Assembly (NCBI GenBank): GCA_030390025.1
Contig: CM059431.1
Span: forward strand, 126,978,001-127,042,000
Direction: 5' to 3'
DNA: 64,000 nucleotides
Source of the DNA: Squalus acanthias
Lineage: Eukaryota
Shown here: positions 7,968-19,611 of the stretch, piece after piece
Numbering within the stretch: the stretch's first letter is position 1
How the letters are laid out: each line of letters begins with the position of its first letter
Translations under genes and position numbers: made by a program
Notes under the pieces: generated by a model
What the model saw: only the letters and a program-made list of their open reading frames with translations
Told to the model about the DNA's origin: nothing
The model's database searches: none

Positions 7968-8209
7968 GATTTTCCATTTCGTACCGTTCAAACCAAGTCT
8001 ACATGAGTTTTATCTCCATTACTGCTCTCGCATCTAAGTCCAGTGTCTAGAACCGTAAGGGAGAGTGATTCGAACCACTCACAGGGGTGTCTAGTGTTCC
8101 CAGACTGGCTGGAGACCAGGCCTAGACCCGCACTGACATACAGGCTGCACAGAGCCGCGTGAATCTCACAGGCTACGAGACACGCAGGGTCAGGAGAGTA
8201 TCCCTTACA

Positions 8210-10380
8210 GGGCTACTTCCCCTCCTTTTTCATTCTGCCTGTCTTTTCGGAACGTCAAGTACCCTGGAACATTTAGGGGGGAAAATTGAGTCGCGCCCCC
8301 TTTAGGGCATTAATTTCACTGGGGTGCTACTTCTAGTGCCCCGAAAAAAATTAACGCCCCCGCGGCCGAAATTCATCGGTAGCGCCCCAAGAGGGAAGCG
8401 GAGAGCTACTGGAAGCACCCCGCCTCCCTCTTGGGGCGTGCGCTGCGGCACGTCGCGCTGCGCTACTGCAGGCCTTCCTCCCCTTCTTAAAGGGGAGGGG
8501 ACTTGCGCAGCATGAGCCGGGGCCCAGCTGGGCCACCAGGGATCTGAGTGCCGGCAAAAGAGCCCGGCACTCAAGAGAAGTGCCAGGCTCAGGGAGTGCA
8601 GTCAGCACTCTGCGGGGGGGCTGCTCAGGAGGCCGTGGATGGCAACGGGGGCAGGTGCTGGCAGGCGGCCAGCAACAAAAATGGCCGCCCGGCACCTCGC
8701 CTTTAATTAACGCTGTCCCGGCCGCAGGTAGGCCCCCCTGACCCCGTCGGACATAGTGTCCGGCATTAAGTCAGGGGGCACTACCGAAGATCACTGCCAG
8801 GGTGCAAGTGGGGTGCTGCGCATGGCGATGAAGTCATCGCCGGCGACACAGCGCTGTAGGGCGCTAACGGTTACCGTCTTCGCTAACCTCCCGCTGAATT
8901 TTGCAGGAGGCTTTGGCGGTGCCGCGCCCGGGCGCTAGTTGCTTTGCGCCCCGTTAGTGCCCTAGGGCACTAACGGGAGGTGCAAAACAACCAAATTTTT
9001 CCTCCTTAGTTCCCAACCTTGGCCACTTTGCAACCATGTCTCTGTAATGGCTATTAGATCAAACCCATTTATCTCTATTTGTGCCACTATTTCATCTATC
9101 TTGTTACGAATGCTTCGTGTATTCAGATAAAGAGCCTTTAATTTAAATATTTTACCATTATCCCCTGCTTTGACCTTATTCTCTGCTGCACTGCTACCGT
9201 TAAACTCTCTGTCCCTTCCTGTCACACTCTGCTTATTTTTACCCAAATCGCTACACTGCTCTATTGCCTTGACCTTTTGTCTTTAGATTTCTAAATTTCC
9301 CCCCACCTGACCCCTCCACCCGCCTTTTTTAGTTTAAAGCCCTACCTACAGCCCTAGTTATTCGATTCAACAGGACGCTGGTCCCAGCCCGGTTTAAGTG
9401 GAGACCGTCCCGATGGAACAGCTCCCTCTTTTCCCGGTACTGGTGCCAGTGCCCCATGAATTGAAACCCCATTTTCTCACACCACTCTTTGGGCCCTGCA
9501 TTTAACTCTCTGATCTGCTTGACCCTATGCCAATTTACGTGTGGCTCAGGCAGTAATCCAGAGATTATTATCCTTGTTGTTCTGCTTATTAATTTAGACC
9601 CTAGCTCCTCAAACTCCCTCAGCAGAACCTCATTCTTAGTTCTACCTATGTCGTTGGTTCCTACACGGATCACGACAACTGGATCCTCCCCCTCCCACTC
9701 CAAGTTCTTCTCCAGCTGCGAGGAAATATCCTTAACCCTGGCACCGGGCAGGCAACACAGCCTTCGGGACTCTCTTTCGTGGCTGCAGAGAACAGTATCT
9801 ATCCCCCTGACTATACTGCCCCCTACTGCTACCACATTCCTTCCTTCTCCCCGCACTTGGATGGCCCCCTGTACCACAGTGCCATGGTCAGTTTGCCCAT
9901 CCTCCCTACAGTCCTTTTCCTCATCCATACAGGTAGAAAGTACCTCGTACCTGTTGGACAAGGTCCAGGGCTGAGGCTCATCCATCACTACATCCTGGGT
10001 CCCCATACCTGCCTGACTCGCAGTCGCACCCTCCTGTCCCTGATCACTGACGAACTCTAAAGTACTACTTAACCTAAAGGGTGTGACTGCCTCCTGGAAC
10101 AAAGTGTCCAGGTAACTCTCCCCCTCCCTGATGCATTGCAATGTCTACAGCTCGTACTCCAGCTCAACAATTCTGAGCCGAAGTTCCTCGAGTTGCAGAC
10201 ACTTACTGCAGATGTGGTTGCTCGGGATCGCGATGCGTTCCACAGACTCCCACATGCTGCAGTTATGACACAGCCCTGCCCTGCCATCTCAAACCTTGTT
10301 TTATTTATTAATATATTATTTAAAGATTTTATTCAATCGATATTTTAGGTTTATCGTTTGATTATTTTATTTAGTTTAAG
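8210..10380 (-). mobile_element. CR1 LINE 5' part (ORF1 zinc-finger/SGNH esterase, start of APE endonuclease), interrupted by the provirus and a MITE
   Basis: ORF 9329-10141 has esterase motifs (GGSIVRGID, CLPGARVKD, VGTNDIG, DGLHLN). APE motif YLNTRSIRNK...IAITETWL is in 9009-9246 and continues at 8210-8275. Confidence 0.88.
8276..9005. mobile_element. PIF/Harbinger-type MITE, family A copy 1
   Basis: GG(G/A)GGAAAA(A)TT termini, TTA TSD (8273-8275 / 9006-9008), GC/CpG-rich; inverted copy at 20972-21710. Confidence 0.8.
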
Positions 10381-10399
10381 TCATTAATTTAATTCTATT

Positions 10400-11770
10400 A
10401 AGCAACGAATGGGAGGAGGAAGCTTTGTGAGCATTCCCATCCTCAATGGTAGCTGAATCCCCCACGTGAGTGGAAAAGACAAGGCTGAAATGTTCACAAC
10501 CATCTTCAGCCAGAAGTGCCAAGTGGATGATACTTCTTGTCCTCCTTTGAAATCCCCAATAAAACAGATGCCAGTCTTTAGGCAATTCAATTCAATGCAC
10601 GTAAAATCAAGAAATGGCTGAGTGCACTGGACACAGCAAAGGCCAAGGGCCCCCACAGCATCCCAACTGTAGTGCTGAAGACTGATGCTAAAGAACTAGC
10701 CACAACCTTCGTTAAGCTGTTCAAGTACAGCTACAATAGTGGCATCTACCCAAAATGTGGAAAATTGCACAGGTATATTCTATCCATAAAAAGCAAGACA
10801 AATCCAACTTGGCCAGCTTATGATGGAAAGTGATGGAAGAAGTTGTTAACAGTGGTATCAAGTAGCACTTACTCATGAATAAGCTGCTCACCTATGCGCA
10901 GCTTGGGTTCCACCAGGACCACTTGGCTCCAGATCTCATTACAGCCTTGGTCCAAACATGGAAAAAGAACTGAATTCCAGAGGTGAGGTGAGAGTGACTG
11001 CCATTGACGTCAAGGCAGCATTCAACCAAATGTGGCACCAAGGAGCTCTAGTAAAACTGAAGTCAATGGGGATCAGAGGAAAAACTCTCCAGTGACTGGA
11101 ATCATACACAAAAGAAGATGGTTGTGGTTGCTGGAAGCTAATCATCTCGGTCCCAGAACATCACTGCTGGAGTTCCTTAGGGCAGTGACCTAGGCCTAAA
11201 TATCCTCAGCTGCGGCATCAATGACCTTCATTCCATCATTATGTCAGTAGTGAGGATGTTCACTGATGATTGCAAAGTGTTCAACTCCATTTGCAATTCC
11301 CTAGATAATGAAGCATTTCATACACACATATAGCAAGAGCTGGACAACATCCGGGCTGGGCTGATAAGTGGCAAGTAACATTTGCATGACACATGTGCAA
11401 GTCAATGAGCAACTACAACAGGAGTTAACTACCTCCCTTTGACATTCAATGGCATTACCATCACCAAGTCCATCACCATCTAATCCTGGGGGTGAGCAGA
11501 AACTCAACTGGACTAGCCACATAAATGCCGTGGCTACCAAAGCAGGTCAGAGGCTGGGTATTCTGTGATAAATGGATCACCTTCTGACTCCCAAAACCTT
11601 TCCAAAACCTACAAAGCACAAGTCAGGGCTGTGATGGAATACTCTCCACTTACCTGGGTGCAGCTGCAACAACACCACTCAAGAAGCTCAGCAATATCCA
11701 GGACCATTAGCAATGAGCAATAAATGCCAGCCTTGCTGGCAATGCTCATATCCTTAGAATTTTTTTTTAA
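10400..11770 (+). mobile_element. Degenerate 5'-truncated CR1-group LINE (RT region and 3' tail), same family as 29641-33668
   Basis: Decayed RT-coding sequence collinear with the reverse complement of about 29650-31420; 3' tail CAATAAATGCCAGCCTTGC. Confidence 0.75.
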
Positions 11771-11862
11771 ACTATGGATTTTATAGGTATGACATGTCGT
11801 CACACAATCCATTTCAAATAACCTATTTAACAGACTGCATCTATTCCCTTCACTATTTTAGA

Positions 11863-13886
11863 GGCCTAGAAATTCCACATCGCAAAAAACCTGCCGGTGC
11901 CACCGTGGGCCAGTGTTAACGGCCGCTGAAATTAATGGTGCTGGCAGGACTGGTAAATTGGTGCTGGTGGCTAATTAACATCAGCCCAGCAGTAAACTTA
12001 CCATGCAAGGCCGCTCTGGCAGTGTTAGTCTCAGCAGGAGGCCCCAATTTAGTGTGGCAATAGTGTCAGTGCAGCAAGAACAGATTTCTCTTAAAGCAAG
12101 GCTGTCATTTCAGAAAGTAGTTTGGTCCCTCAAAGGGGAACTGCCTTCTGAAATGAAAAAAATTAAAATCATGCAAAAATAGGCAGTTTTTAGCCCTTAG
12201 AGCACAACTGCCTTCTGAAAAAAAAAATTACATTAAAAAAGATTCCCAAATTTAAGTCTTCAGCTCTTAAGGCTGAATTGCGTTCCGCACTTAAAAAAAT
12301 GCTAAAAGTGCTTCAGCACTAACACAAATGGCTCAACAAGCCAAGGAATGGGCTCCCAGGATCTCGCAAGCAGCACTTTAGCTTTGTACAGGGGGTTAAC
12401 ACTGCAAGTGAGGTCCTCTACCCACAGGGGCCAGGAGGCCCTCCAGAAAGAATGATGTGGGAGTAGATCACCGAGGTCGTCACTGCCAGCAGTTTTAACC
12501 CCATGACCTTGCACCAGTGCGTAAAGAAGCTTCATGACCTCAGACCAGTGGTCAAGGTCAGTCAATGCATCTTGAAAAGCCATCTCCTACCAACTGCACC
12601 ACTAGCCTCACACACTGCTCAATACATGACCGCTCCCCCTGCCCCCGTAATCACTCATCTACCAACAATCTTTACCAAACACAAGGCACACCTCCCATTC
12701 CTAGCTTCACCTTGGATGAGACAGTGCTGGCAATTTTTGGTAGAGGCATAGCTGAGCCCTTGGCCAGTGGCGGAGCTGAAAGGATACAAGATGCTGGTAT
12801 CCTCATACATTATCCTCCTTCTTGCATGCATCTCTTGCTTTCCCGTCCTCCCCTCACCACAACTCTACCCTTGTGCCTTCCTCATTTCACACACCCAAGA
12901 AATGCAGCCTGCCCAGTCAGTGGTTGACCATGAAGAGGGAGAGGTAGCACTGCATGACATCAATAGGACAGGCAAAGTCACACACAAGACAGTCAGTAAT
13001 GCATAAGGGTGATTAGTTGATTTCTTGATGTTACATTGGATGGATAGATGTATAAAGTTGGATTGGAAATTTTTCTTTGTGATGGCTTTTATTTCAGCAT
13101 TGTGGCCAAGAGGACACAGTGATGGTCAGTAACAGAGGGAAGGTAAGCTTTGAGACTCATGTTGAAAGGGGAATTGGGGTTGTGGTCACTGGCACCACAG
13201 GCGGATGATTCCATCCCAGATATCCCGTCTCTGGGTTGCATCTTTCCTTCTGCTTCCTCCTCTTCTGCTTCCTCCTCTTCTGCGTCTTCCTCTTCCCTTT
13301 GCGAGTGGATGCTGTAAATCTGAAATAAAAGCATAAAATGCTGGAAATACTCAGCAGGTCAGGCAGCATCTCGACCTGAGACGTGAACTCTATTTCTCTC
13401 TCCACAGATGCTGCCTGACCTGCTGAGTATTTCCAGCATTTTCTGTCTTCTCAGAGGCCTTCCTTTACCATCCGAGGTCTTGCAAGTGTCCAGCAGTGCT
13501 CCTTGCACTCCCTGCACACTTAAAAAATCTTTCAGCATGTAATGCACCAAGCCATTACTTCAATAAAATATAAAAAATCCAGACCAAAACTTGAATGCAA
13601 ACTTAACTGAAAGATGTGTGTATCCCATTAAGAAGTGCTGACAGGTCTCTGTTAATCTGCTTTACGCTCACTTATCAGAGAGAGCTTTGGACCCAGCACT
13701 AAGGTCCAAATTCACAGAACATTTCGTTAAGCTCCACATTTGCATCTCCAGGGCCAATGCTAAGCCCCTCACCAAAGTGGCAGCCGCCGAGTCCCACACC
13801 AGAGAAGGGCGTTAGAGTGGTGGCCGCCATTTTTTGCCAGAATTGCGGCGCTAACTCGTAGCGTTAAGGTTGGGAATTTCTAGGCC
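11863..13886. mobile_element. Non-autonomous Harbinger element
   Basis: Perfect 14-bp TIR GGCCTAGAAATTCC and AGA TSD. Myb/SANT remnant (QCVKKLHDL) on +, acidic transposase-tail remnant on -. Confidence 0.82.
13325..13447. repeat. Palindromic Penelope-type terminal repeat remnant
   Basis: Inverted arms AAAATGCTGGAAATACTCAGCAGGTCAGGCAGCATCT / AGATGCTGCCTGACCTGCTGAGTATTTCCAGCATTTT; same family as 28418-28518. Confidence 0.65.
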
Positions 13887-15151
13887 AGAAACTTCAATAA
13901 TATCCCATCTAAGCTTACATTTTTCCAAAGTAACTTATAAGTCCACAAGATTCACACCATAATTAAGAGCTCTATCACCTAGGCTGGGAATTTTCTCAGA
14001 ACTGCTTCCGCTCTGCTGTCGTACCTTTACATAGAAACATAGAAACATAGAAGATAGGAGCAGGAGTAGGCCATTTGGCCCCTTGAGCCTGCTCCGCCAT
14101 TCGATGAGATCATGGCTGATCATCCAAACTCAGTACCCTGTACCTGCCTTCACCCCATATCCCTTGATACCTTTAGCTTTAAGAAATATATCTAACTCAT
14201 TCTTGAATATATTTAATAACTTGGCCTCAACTACCTTCTGTGGTAAAGAATTCCACAGGTTCACCACTCTCTGGGTGAAGAAATTCTTCCTAATTTCTGT
14301 CCTAAATGGCTTACCCCTTAACCTTAGATTATGACCCCTGGTTCTGGACTCTCCGACCATCGGGAACATTCTTCCTGCATCTAGTTTGTCCAGACCTGTC
14401 AGAATTTTATATGTTTCGATGAGATTCCCTCTCATTCTTCTATACTCCAGCGAGTATAAGCCCAATCGACCCAATCTCTCCTCATATGTCATTCCTGCCA
14501 TCCCAGGTATCAGCCTTGTGAATCTTCGCTGAACTCCTTCCATGGCAAGAACATCCTTCCTCAGATAAGGCGACCAAAACTGCACACAGTACTCAAGGTG
14601 TGGTCTCACCAAGGCTCTGTACAACTGCAGCAGGACATCCCTGTTCCTATACTCAAACCCTTTCGCTATGAAGGCCAACAAACCATTTGCCTTCTTCACC
14701 GCCTGCTGCACCTGCATGCTTACCTTCACCGACTGGTGCACAAGGACACCCAGGTCTCGTTGCACTTCCCCTTCTCCCAATCTATTACCATTCAGATAAT
14801 AGTCTGCCTTTCTGTTTTTGACACCAAAGTGGATAACCTCGCATGTATCCACGTTATATTGCATCTGCGACGCTTCTGCCCACTCACCCAACCTGTCCAA
14901 ATAAGAACATAAGAACATAAGAACATAAGAAATAGGAGCAGGAGTAGGCCAATCGGCCCCTCGAGCCTGCTCCGCCATTCAATAAGATCATGGCTGATCT
15001 GATCCTAACCGCCAATCTACTATCTATCACAGAACCATCTCCTGCATCTAACAGAATTGCACATACGAAATAGGAGCAGAATCAGGCTACACGGTCCCTG
15101 GGCCCGCTCCACTACCCACAGGACCATGACCGATCCGAACCTAGACTCATG

Positions 15152-18097
15152 TCAAATTCCTGCCCGCTCCCCGTAACCCTTAATGCCCTTTACTTCTAGG
15201 AAACTGTCTATTTCTGTTTTAAATTTATTTAATGATGTAGCTTCTACAGCTTTTTGTGGCAGCATATTCCATGGACCTACCACCCTCTGAGTGAAGTAGT
15301 TCCTCCTCATCTCAGTTTTGAAAGAGCAGCCCCTTATTCTAAGACTATGTCCCCTAGTTCTAGTCTCACCCGTCATCGGGAACATCCTCCCCGCATCCAC
15401 CCGATCCAACCCCTTCACAATCTTATATGTTTCAATAAGATCGCCTCTCATTCTTCTGAACTCCAATGAGTAGAGTCCCAATCTACCCAACCTCTCCTCA
15501 TATGACCACCCCCTCATCCCCGGAATTAACCAAGTGAACCTTTTTTGCACTGCCTCGAGAGCAAGGATGTCTTTCCTTAATTAAGGACACCAAAACTGTA
15601 TGCAGTATTCCAGGTGCGGTCTCACCAATACCTTGAACAACTGAAGCAATACCTCCCTATTTTTATATTCTATCCCCCTAGCAATGAAAGCCAACATTCC
15701 ATTTGCCTTCTTAATCACTTGCTGCACCTGCATACTAACCTTTTGAGTTTCGTGCACCAGGACCCCCAGATCCCTTTGCACTTCAGTACTCTCCAGTTTC
15801 TTGCCATTAAGATAATAAATTGCTCTAGGATTTTTCCTGCCAAAGTGCATCTCCTCACACTTTCCAGTGTTGTATTCCATCTGCCAAATCTCTGCCCACT
15901 TACTTAGCCTGTCTATGTCCCCTTGCAAGTTTTTTATGTCCTCCTCACTCACTACTTTCCCTCCCATCTTTGTATCATCTGCAAATTTTGATATGTTACA
16001 CTTGGTCCCTTCCTCCAAATCGTTAATATAGATTGTAAAGAGTTGGGGACCCAGCACTGACCCCTGTGGAACACCACTAGTTACTGATTGCTAGTCTGAG
16101 AATGAACCATTTATCCCAACTCTTTGCTTTCTGTTAGATAGCCAATCCTCTATCCATGCCAGAATATTACCCCCAATCCCGTGATTTTTTACCTTAAGCA
16201 ATAATCTTTTGTGTGGCACCTTGTCAAATGCCTTTTGGAAGTCTAAATACACTACATCCACTGGTTCCCCTTTATCCACTCTATATGTTACTTCCTCAAA
16301 GAACTCCAGCAAATTTGTCAAACATGCCTTCCCCTTCGTAAAACCATGCTGACTTTGTCCTATTAAATTATGATTATCCAAATGTCCTGTTACTGTTTCC
16401 TTAATAATGGACTCCAAAATTTTACCTAACACAGATGTTAGGCTAACCGGTCTATAGTTACCAGCCTTCTGTCTACTGCCCTTTTTAAATAAGGGTGTTA
16501 CATTAGCAGTTTTCCAGTCTGCCGGGACCTTAGCGGAATCCAGGGAGTTTTGAAAAATTATTACCAATGCATCTACAATCCCTACCACCACTTCCTTCAA
16601 GACTCTAGGATGTAAGCCATCAGGTCCAGGTGATTTATCCGCCTTGAGTCCCATTATTTTACCGAGTACCACTTCCTTAGTGATTTTGATCGTGTTTAGC
16701 TCCTCTCCCCCTATAGCCCCCTGTTTGTCCAGTGTTGGGATATTCTTAGTGTCCTCTACTGTAAAGACTGATACAAAATATTCATTCAGTGTTTTTGCCA
16801 TCTCCATATTTCCCACCATTAATTTCCCGGTCTCATCCTCTAAGGGACCAACATTTACTTTAGCCACCCTTTTTCTTTTTATATAACTATAAAAACTCTT
16901 ACTATCTGTTTTTATATTTTTTGCTAATTTACTTTCATAATCTATCTTCCCTTTCTTAATCAATCTTTTTGTTATTTTTTGCTGCCTTTTAAAGTTTTCC
17001 CAATCCTCTGTCCTCCCACTAGATTTCGCTACCTTATATGCCCTTGTTTTTAGTCGAATACTATCCTTAATTTCTTTACTTAGCCACGGATGACTGTCCT
17101 TTCTTTTACACCCTTTTCTTTTCAGTGGAATATATTTTTTTTGGAAGTTGTAAAATAACTCCTTGAATGTACACCACTGATCATGTGTCGTCTTACCCTT
17201 TAATCTATTTTCCCAATCCACTCTACTCAATTCCGCTCGCATACCTTCATAGTCTCCTTTATTCAAGCTTAGCACGCTTGTTTGAGATCCAAACTTCTCA
17301 CCCTCTAATTGAATATGGAATTCAACCATGTTATGGTCACTCATTCCAAGGGGATCCTTTACTAGGACATTTTTAATTAATCCTGTCTCGTTACACAGGA
17401 CCAGATCTAAGGTTGCTTGCCCCCTGGTTGGTTCAGTTACATACTGCTCAAGAAACCCATCCCTAATACACTCAATGAACTCATCCTCAAGGCAGCCCTG
17501 CCCCATTTGATTTGTCCAATTAATATGATAGTTAAAATCCCCCATAATTATAGATGTTCGCTTATTACATGCCTCAACTATTTCCTGATTGATACTCCGT
17601 CCAACAGAGTTGCAACTGTTCGGAGGCCTATAGACTACGCCCACTAGTGTTTTTTTCCCCTTATTATTCCTTATCTCCACCTAAACTGTTTCATTATCAT
17701 GATTTTTTGACCCAATATCATTACTCTGTATTACAGTGATTCCTTCCTTTATTAACATAGCCACCCCACCTCCCCTTCCTTCCTGCCTGTCCTTCCTGAT
17801 CGTTAAATATCCTGGTATGTTTAATTCCCAGGCATTGTCACCCTGCAGCCATGTTTCTGTAATGGCCACAATATCATAACCATATGTAATTATTTGTGTC
17901 ATTAACTCGTCTATTTTGTTACCAATGCTACGTGCATTCAGATAGAGAACTTTCAAATATGCTTTGTGGCACTTAGTTCCTGCTTTTTCACTTTTTACCA
18001 CTTTACCTTTTACTCCACACACTCTGTCCCTTCCTGCCATGCTCTGATTTGTGATTCCCCTACTGCTACCTATGTCTATGACCCTCTCTGTTGTCAT
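15152..18097 (-). pseudogene. CR1 ORF2 (APE endonuclease + reverse transcriptase), three in-frame stops and no frameshift
   Basis: ORF pieces with upper coordinates 18097, 17680, 16057 and 15550 share one frame. Motifs AITETWL, MGDFN, SDHN, YLDFQKAFD, LGPQLF, KFADD. Confidence 0.92.
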
Positions 18098-18168
18098 TTT
18101 TATTTTTTGCTCTCTTGAAACCTCCCCCCCACTAATTAGTTTAAAGCCCTCTCCACAGCCCTAGTTAT

Positions 18169-19092
18169 TCAATTCGCCAGGACACTAGTCCCAGCACTGG
18201 CCAAGTGAAGTCCGTCCCAACGGAACAGCTCTCTCCTGCCCCAGTACTGGTGCCAGTGTCCCAAGAAGCAAAACCCATTTTTCCCACACCAGTCTTTGAG
18301 CCACGCATTCAACTCCCTGATTTTATTTACCCTAGCCAAATTTGCTCTTGGCTCAGGTAGTAATCCAGAGATTATTACCCTCGAGGTTCTGCTTTTTAAT
18401 TTGGCCCCTAGCTGCTCAAACTCCCTCAGCAGAACTTCTTTCCTTGTCCTATCTATGTCATTGGTACCAACATGGACCACGACAACTGGATCCTCCCCCT
18501 CCCACTCCAAGTTTCTCTCCAGCCCAGAGGAGATGTCCTTAACCCTGGCACCGGGCAGGCAACACAGCCTTCGGGACTCTCGCTCTTGGCTGCAAAGAAC
18601 CCTATCTATCCCCCTAATGATACTATCCCCTACCACTACAACATTTCTTTTTACTCCCCCCACTTGAATGGCCCCCCTTACCACGGTGCTGTGGCCAGGT
18701 TGCTCATCCTCCCAGCAGTCCCCGCTCCTATCCACACAGGGAGTAAGAGCCTCGAACCTGTTGGACAAGAGCAAGGGCTGCGGCTCCTCCAACACTACCT
18801 CCTGGATCCCTGTACCTGCCTCACTCGTAGTCACACCTTCCTGTCCCTGACCACGGGCTACTTCTGAATTAGTTACTCTAATTGGTGTGACTACCTCCTG
18901 AAACACGGAGTCCAGGTAACTCTCCCCCTCCCTGATGTGTCGCAGTGTTTGAAGCTCGGACTCCAGCTCATCAACAGGGAGCCGGAGTTCCTCGAGCAGC
19001 CAACACTTACTGCAAATGTGTTCACCGTGAACATCAATGGTGTCCACCAGCTCCCACATATTGCAGCAGTAACACATCACCTGCTCTCCCAT
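18169..19092 (-). CDS. CR1 ORF1 (zinc-finger/leucine zipper + SGNH esterase), probably slightly C-truncated
   Basis: CYCC...CSKC, heptad repeat, GDSIIRG, CLPGARVKD, HVGTND, DGLHL. Confidence 0.85.
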   Translation of the reverse strand: MGEQVMCYCCNMWELVDTIDVHGEHICSKCWLLEELRLPVDELESELQTLRHIREGESYLDSVFQEVVTPIRVTNSEVARGQGQEGVTTSEAGTGIQEVVLEEPQPLLLSNRFEALTPCVDRSGDCWEDEQPGHSTVVRGAIQVGGVKRNVVVVGDSIIRGIDRVLCSQERESRRLCCLPGARVKDISSGLERNLEWEGEDPVVVVHVGTNDIDRTRKEVLLREFEQLGAKLKSRTSRVIISGLLPEPRANLARVNKIRELNAWLKDWCGKNGFCFLGHWHQYWGRRELFRWDGLHLASAGTSVLAN

Positions 19093-19307
19093 TCTATGTA
19101 ATTAATTAAAAATTTATTATTTACCCTTCAGTTAATTTATGCAGCAGTCTCCGCTACACCACAGATACCCGAGAAACTATAAACTATGGAATTGAAGTTT
19201 TGTATAAAAAAAAGAGAAATACTCACCAACCAATCACTTACCTGCTTTCTGGTGACGTCACACTTCGATTATTTTTTACCTCTCTCCTGCTCTCGGCTTG
19301 GTGAAAG

Positions 19308-19611
19308 CCTACCTGGTCGCTGCCGCCTTTTACCGCCGCCGCCTCGCCGCTGTTGCTCCACCCAGGTCCGCCACCTCTGTGGACCTACCTGGTCGCTGCC
19401 GCCTTTTACCGCCGCCGCCTCGCCGCTGTTGCTCCACCCAGGTCCGCCGCCTCTGTGGGCCTACCTGGTCGCTGCCGCCTTTTACCGCCGCCGCCTCGCC
19501 GCTGTTGCTCCACCCAGGTCCGCCGCCTCTGTGGGCCTACCTGGTCGCTGCCGCCTTTTACCGCCGCCGCCTCGCCGCTGTTGCTCCACCCAGGTCCGCC
19601 GCCTCTGTGGG
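19308..19611. repeat. 4 x 76-bp GC-rich tandem monomers at the CR1 5' end
   Basis: Unit CCTACCTGGTCGCTGCC...TGTGG(G/A) starts at 19308, 19384, 19460 and 19536. Confidence 0.95.

Larger units (their letters stand above)
1..8209 (+). mobile_element. LTR retroelement / endogenous retrovirus-like provirus, LTR-PBS-gag-orfX-env-PPT-LTR, lacking pol (5' LTR truncated by window start)
   Basis: Direct repeat 1-539 = 7671-8209. The 3' LTR runs TG...CA. PBS follows the 5' LTR and a purine tract precedes the 3' LTR. Gag and env ORFs are present; no protease DTG/DSG, RT YxDD, RNase H or integrase motif is seen in the internal ORFs. Confidence 0.93.
6576..8209 (+). repeat. 3' LTR, 1634 bp
   Basis: Starts TGTAGAATTCGCA and ends CCCTTACA. 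Both boundaries match the termini of the two solo LTRs. Confidence 0.93.

Noticed and set aside
14130..14978. 282-aa ORF as a standalone gene
   Set aside because: It is a chimera of the inner CR1 3' tail and the outer CR1 RT C-terminus.
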